Positions 60,801-64,000 of a stretch of 64,000 nt of DNA are shown here, one piece after another. This DNA is from a virus (taxonomy: Duplodnaviria; Heunggongvirae; Uroviricota; Caudoviricetes), in the IMG/VR virus record IMGVR_UViG_3300025066_000017. One strand, 5' to 3'. The position numbers and the translations under genes were made by a program. The notes beneath the pieces are model-generated. The model ran no database searches and was not told the origin of the DNA. It worked only from the letters and a program-made list of their open reading frames with translations. Position 1 is the first letter of the stretch. Each line of letters begins with the position of its first letter.

Positions 60801-63800
60801 CGACTTTGTTTACGATATTCACTCAAACGAGAGCGATTTTGCTCTAGATGGGCATCTAGAGCAAAATCGTCATCGCCCCCTACTCCAGGACCTTCTCCTA
60901 GTTGTTTGAATATTTCTTCTAGTTGAGAACGGTGCTCTTCATCACCAACGCCAGAGAGATGATCAAAGATTCGATCTTCTGTTTGTCTAAAGGCCGGATC
61001 ATGCTCGGCTCGTAAATTTTCTAATCGTGAGAGGTGATGCTTGAACTTTTCTCCTCTGCTCATGTATCGAGTTTCTTCAGGCTCGCTACCTAAGTCTGCA
61101 CTTCCCCCTAAACTCTCTCCAGTTAAGACAGAGAATATCGGGCTCTGCATATAGTTTTGTAGAATTTGACCGTGCTTTTCCAATTCCTCTCTAAGAGAAG
61201 CCGGTGCTGTGTTCGGAAGAAGCTGCTGCAATAGGTGTGTCGTATGTTCCTTTTCGCGAATATTCTTCACATGCTCGATAGCACTATCTACCAAGTGTTG
61301 TTCATTTGCCGCCGACAATTCTTGCATAACAGGATGATCGTCCGAGAGCCCTGGTGTGGACGCTTCATGCGAGAGCCCTGGTGTGGGCGCTTCATGTTTT
61401 TTAATATCCTCTATAGTTTGGGACAGATCCTTGAAAGCAAACTCTTGTTTTCCTGTGTCTTTGTTGTCCTCTTTTTGATCTAACTGGTCCTTAGCAGATG
61501 ATTCTTCACCTACTTCATTTTGTTGAGCATTATGTCCACGTTTATATGTTTCGGGATTTCTTCTTAATGTGCTTTTGAATTTACGAAGCTTTGTTCGAAG
61601 TTGCCCCATATCCGAATGATATTTCTCTAGTTCTTCGGGGCTAGGAGCTTCTTCTGATTCAGACCATTCGTTCGCACGATCCTCTAAATCAGAAAGACCA
61701 TCTCTTATATCTCTTGGAAAATGATCTGTTGCAATAGGACTTCCATCCGAATGACGTAACCCTTCCTTTAGAAACTTAAATTTCTCCAGGTTCATATCCC
61801 TTTGAATAGACCTATCTTCATCATTACCTATATGTCGTTCTGGTGAATCTATCTCAACATCTTCATATGACTTTGTTTCTGCTCCCTTTCTTCTAGGAAC
61901 TCTTGAAGCTTTTCCTCTAAGTTTAGATTCATTTCCATTATTGTCGCTTGCTTCATTGCCTATCAGTTTTTCGTCTTCAAAAACATCTTCTTCAATAGCA
62001 CCTTCGGAGGTATCTTCATCAAATCCTTCAGTATCCTCTTCTCCCGAATCTAGACCCAAGGCATCTTTTATAGCAAATTTGGTGTCTTGCCATTGCTTCC
62101 ATCTTGACTCCTTAGCCTCTGGGGAGTCTGTTGGCATGGATTGGACTTCTTCAAGTTGCTCCACTAGATCTTTATGCTCTGGGGCGTCTCCCAACGCCTC
62201 TGAGATGCTATTCGCCAGAGAAGTTATTGACTCGTGAGACTCGTCAGAGAGAACATCTTCAGTCTCTGGCTTCTCTGCGGGGAGAAGATTTTCCTTTATA
62301 TCCTCATCTGAAAGTTTCTCTGCAGATGCACCTGGATTGTAGAATCCTCTAAACTGTCTTGTTTCATTCTCGTTCCAATCTTTAGAGTCTAAAGATTCTT
62401 CACCATAAGAAGACGGTTGCTCTGCCGCTTGTAATATTTCTTTTATATCCTCCAAGTTTCTTGCTTCCATCGGATAAGAAGGTTCTTCTTCTTTCATCGA
62501 TGGAGACGATGCTTCCGTTTCTGGAGCAGATATTCTTTCTGTGGGGCTTGGAGTGTCTGTTGACGTCTCTTCGTCATCGCCCCAAGGATCCCCATCAAAA
62601 GGACTTTCGGATCCTGGACGACTAGAGACCTGTGTGTCTTCTTCGGGACGACTAGAGACCTGTGTGTCTTCTTCGGGACGTCTAGAGACCTGTGTGTCTT
62701 CTTCGGGACGTCTAGAGACCTGTGTATCTTCTTCTGGACGACTAGAGACCTGTGTGTCTTCTTCTGGACGACTAGAGACCTGTGTGTCTTCCTCTCTTGC
62801 TTTTATTTGAGGAGTTGGCGCGGTTCCTAGATTTGTTGGATTTGAAGATCCTGATAAACTATTCTGTGTTCTTATCATCAAGGCATTGTAATCTTTTTTT
62901 ATTTGATTAATTTCTTCTTGCGAAGCTCCTCTCTTCTCTGCTTCTTCTGTTTCTCTACGTAATGCTTGATGAAGGTCGCCCAAGATCTGAGTTTGATGAC
63001 TCACGTTATCCGAAGGAGCTTCATCTCGGTATAACCTATTATTCGATGGTTGCTCTCTTCTATCCTGTAATCTCTGTTTATTCCCATGCGCTTCTTTTAT
63101 TCTGCGCTTTAGCTCATTGCGCTGCTCAGTTGAAAAATCATCGGGATGCTCTAAATCTGTTTCTTCAAGAAGTCCATCTCTGAGATGTGACATCTCTTCA
63201 TGACTCATTTGTCCAGACTCGAGAAGAGATGCAATTTCTTTTGTTTCTGGAGCAGAAGCAAGAGCAGGATCCTTAGAATCTTCTCCTAATGGACTCTCCA
63301 TTACACCTGTATCCGCAAACGCAGAATTGTCCATCATATCCGTATCGGCAAACGCTCTAGGAGAAACGTCTTGTTCTTTTTGATCGACTAGGTTCCCTGG
63401 CATTCCATCATCAAAAAGCTTCGCATCATTCTCACTGAATCCTGCATTTTCTAAAACATCTGGATTTAGCTTCTTAAACTGATCCCATATTTTTTTATAT
63501 TCACCCATCTGTACCCGTTCAAATTGAGACAGACCTCCCTTCTCTTCCACAATCCTCTTGAATTCAGAAGCCACCCTTTCTACATTATCAAGGATTTCAC
63601 CTTGCTCCTCATCGAGACCCCCTTCACGAAGCCTCTCAAAATGAGAACTATCCATATCAAGAAAAGATTTCTCTTCTCCATCCAGCTTATCTACTGGATG
63701 GAAAAAATCATGCATTTGCGCTTCTTGTAAGTCTCTTTCGAGTTTAGCACCCGACGATCTTTTTGGTAGCGACCCATGATCAACAAAAGGCTGAAATTGT

Positions 63801-63988
63801 TGCGGCGTTGAGCTAGAGTCGAATGAAGGTTGTGCTTGATTTCCTCTTCCCACCGGAGCCAATTGACCAATCTGAGCATGCTCCCCGGTATTTGATAAAT
63901 CTTGTATACCAGAAACATCCGACATACGATCACTCAATCCAGGAATTTTACTTTGCGCGACGTTCCAAATTTGTTTCGCTTCATCCAA
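57848..63988 (-). CDS. Giant hyper-acidic repeat-containing protein (>2046 aa; N-terminus beyond window edge)
   Basis: Continuous ORF to the window end. Very high Glu/Asp/Gln content. Three internal tandem-repeat arrays encode EEDTQVSSRP x6, (E/D)DYQEED / DDQQEDD runs, and (LGLTDRTGDEEYTETAIADGERVEKEKKQKKKQ) x3. Confidence 0.55.
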   Translation of the reverse strand: MDEAKQIWNVAQSKIPGLSDRMSDVSGIQDLSNTGEHAQIGQLAPVGRGNQAQPSFDSSSTPQQFQPFVDHGSLPKRSSGAKLERDLQEAQMHDFFHPVDKLDGEEKSFLDMDSSHFERLREGGLDEEQGEILDNVERVASEFKRIVEEKGGLSQFERVQMGEYKKIWDQFKKLNPDVLENAGFSENDAKLFDDGMPGNLVDQKEQDVSPRAFADTDMMDNSAFADTGVMESPLGEDSKDPALASAPETKEIASLLESGQMSHEEMSHLRDGLLEETDLEHPDDFSTEQRNELKRRIKEAHGNKQRLQDRREQPSNNRLYRDEAPSDNVSHQTQILGDLHQALRRETEEAEKRGASQEEINQIKKDYNALMIRTQNSLSGSSNPTNLGTAPTPQIKAREEDTQVSSRPEEDTQVSSRPEEDTQVSRRPEEDTQVSRRPEEDTQVSSRPEEDTQVSSRPGSESPFDGDPWGDDEETSTDTPSPTERISAPETEASSPSMKEEEPSYPMEARNLEDIKEILQAAEQPSSYGEESLDSKDWNENETRQFRGFYNPGASAEKLSDEDIKENLLPAEKPETEDVLSDESHESITSLANSISEALGDAPEHKDLVEQLEEVQSMPTDSPEAKESRWKQWQDTKFAIKDALGLDSGEEDTEGFDEDTSEGAIEEDVFEDEKLIGNEASDNNGNESKLRGKASRVPRRKGAETKSYEDVEIDSPERHIGNDEDRSIQRDMNLEKFKFLKEGLRHSDGSPIATDHFPRDIRDGLSDLEDRANEWSESEEAPSPEELEKYHSDMGQLRTKLRKFKSTLRRNPETYKRGHNAQQNEVGEESSAKDQLDQKEDNKDTGKQEFAFKDLSQTIEDIKKHEAPTPGLSHEASTPGLSDDHPVMQELSAANEQHLVDSAIEHVKNIREKEHTTHLLQQLLPNTAPASLREELEKHGQILQNYMQSPIFSVLTGESLGGSADLGSEPEETRYMSRGEKFKHHLSRLENLRAEHDPAFRQTEDRIFDHLSGVGDEEHRSQLEEIFKQLGEGPGVGGDDDFALDAHLEQNRSRLSEYRKQSRSRRERDDEFLSSREEREGTAEFDKDTQETQSEDTDEGVQVDSAKSEPRAESSDIDTEDYQEEDYQEEDYQEDDQQEDDQQEDDYQEDDQQEDDYQEEDYQEDDQQEDDQQEDDYQEDDQQEDDYQEEDYQEDDASPSQPIESTESNAPGTKGALQIQPQAKQAKKKKNNSATLNRARKFLRHSQKLKGYMDEFREQSEDSPWLRRLSDRLFHGSTMKAFDQAYNQEHAEALSHLLGQDIGPDQEEEVVRLGRSLFGPLISAFGEDALHGDYPSNIRKLLKESSRRESRKRMKEAKASGEGGLFDDATAFISDASELITGNRSYRSQRTGEKLNQENQTPDSNQTPDSNLFDENAGEAPKEKTPPSFRVVNDHSHPIQNALAGMGENPEIFEAAQGTHSEAFDLLDKNKSIFRDHGKRLQRTLGKDAYRSAYGTMVRNLESRLKGLHKEGSSGHRLQEYLDDNYDMGNWHPKGIAQDFVRQAQQFGRDIDPQYKAASHYQSELQQRFPELFTGEELPDLPELPEEQAEDTGMRNEDVSAEEEVAPTQKKKKQSWGERALGLTDRTGDEEYTETAIADGERVEKEKKQKKKQKKKQGIVERVLGLTDRTGDEEYTETAIADGERVEKEKKQKKKQGIVEKVLGLTDRTGDEEYTETAIADGERVEREKKEEEETQKELSQTKARHGVKKVLRHLGKGSWKAEDLLREPDTMPFAWHTILGKIDDPEEKRQKLGKLIQDAQIEHNMLPPDQAASLEESRKQETQRIKEISDSQAEVSDSQAEMPDFANWLGGDMVDDLAEYGVNVSGNEENIEEDDLSNKSVSIDNDDKDPDSVLGAKGPLVITPMEKAMGDPMPGGQEVGEQGDIGHYRQMGGQPVFIEGPAPAEPEPPQPSPMQQETPEEGVGVWQFTRGDEYYQPGSPDDHGISDPGPEQEVVDFISNSGEESNGWGDGGMDGFLKSIGVSFEQENVSIEKSTGPLCFVPIHK
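58786..59165. repeat. 3 x ~117-129-nt tandem repeats within giant ORF
   Basis: Unit ttcgactctttctccatctgctattgcagtttctgtgtactcttcatccccagttcgatcagtcaagcctaag..., starting at about 58811, 58928 and 59057. Confidence 0.8.
60401..60650. repeat. Array of ~30-nt repeats (tcttcttgataatcatcttcttgttgatca), coding acidic DYQEED/DQQEDD runs
   Basis: Direct reading of 60400-60650. Confidence 0.75.
62378..62396. promoter_or_regulatory. Palindrome copy 16, located inside the giant acidic ORF
   Basis: The only copy embedded in a long reading frame (translates in frame as ...SLDSKDW...). The other 15 are intergenic or overlap a stop codon. Confidence 0.6.
62616..62795. repeat. 6 x 30-nt perfect/near-perfect tandem repeat (ggacg[a/t]ctagagacctgtgt[g/a]tcttcttc[g/t]), coding EEDTQVS(S/R)RP
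   Basis: Copies begin at 62616, 62646, 62676, 62706, 62736 and 62766. Confidence 0.85.
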
Positions 63989-64000
63989 CTGCTCTTGCTC

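Noticed and set aside
5584-62396. Interpreting the palindrome as a rho-independent terminator hairpin
   Set aside because: The potential stem is almost entirely A-T, with a single G-C or C-G pair. Intrinsic terminators need GC-rich stems. Many copies sit immediately upstream of start codons. A protein-binding or promoter role is more plausible, though a dual role is not excluded.
58786-62795. CRISPR array
   Set aside because: The regular repeats here are in-frame coding tandem repeats inside one long ORF. They are contiguous copies without unique spacers, and there are no cas genes.
15875-63988. Numerous plus-strand ORFs of 60-190 aa in the track (for example 17204-17389, 19236-19631, 43263-43547, 44390-44834, 58605-59271, 60248-60772, 62541-62810)
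   Set aside because: All lie antisense to long, well-supported minus-strand structural genes. They have low-complexity or repeat-derived composition. Several are mirror translations of the coding tandem repeats, such as the SSGRLETCVS and LLVDHLLD runs. They are treated as shadow ORFs.
1-64000. tRNA or other stable RNA genes
   Set aside because: No convincing cloverleaf (acceptor stem plus GTTC-type T-loop) was found by eye in the intergenic tracts. None is claimed, and a covariance-model scan is needed.

Overview
This window looks like part of a contractile-tailed (myovirus-like) bacteriophage or prophage genome. Genes are tightly packed and there is no rRNA or CRISPR array. One 19-27 bp palindrome recurs at almost every operon boundary.

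The region 15.9-64 kb is a single minus-strand virion morphogenesis module, read from high to low coordinates. It encodes, in order:
- a >2046-aa hyper-acidic tandem-repeat protein, truncated at the window edge
- two hypothetical virion proteins
- a protein with a complete Fe/Mn superoxide dismutase domain
- a ~1288-aa portal-like protein interrupted by two inteins, one carrying a LAGLIDADG homing endonuclease
- head proteins
- a tail sheath and tail tube
- a CsrA homolog embedded between the tube genes
- an overlapping ORF pair resembling the tail-chaperone frameshift pair
- a staphylococcal-nuclease-like gene
- a tape measure protein
- a P2-like baseplate block: gpV/gp5-like spike, a gp25/GPW-like domain fusion, and a J-like protein
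- several large tail-fibre or tailspike proteins, including a parallel beta-helix protein.

The region 0.1-15.3 kb is an accessory/early region. A minus-strand block (122-8066) encodes an SPFH/band-7 lipoprotein with a membrane partner, two tandem paralogous T5orf172 (GIY-YIG-like) proteins with Cys-rich N-termini, and small Zn-ribbon and membrane proteins. A 1.8-kb AC-skewed non-coding tract (8.07-9.9 kb) separates it from a plus-strand block (9913-15291). That block encodes DUF1643, an excisionase-type HTH protein and a MazG-like pyrophosphohydrolase.

The palindrome AATCTTTAGA(C/G)TCTAAAGATT occurs about 17 times, almost exclusively in intergenic gaps, and is the best candidate for a phage-specific promoter/operator. 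Next to the CsrA gene lies a strand-specific GGA-rich 200-nt island, which suggests a phage-borne Csr-type post-transcriptional module.

All functional calls come from motifs read by eye in the translated ORFs. No database searches were run.
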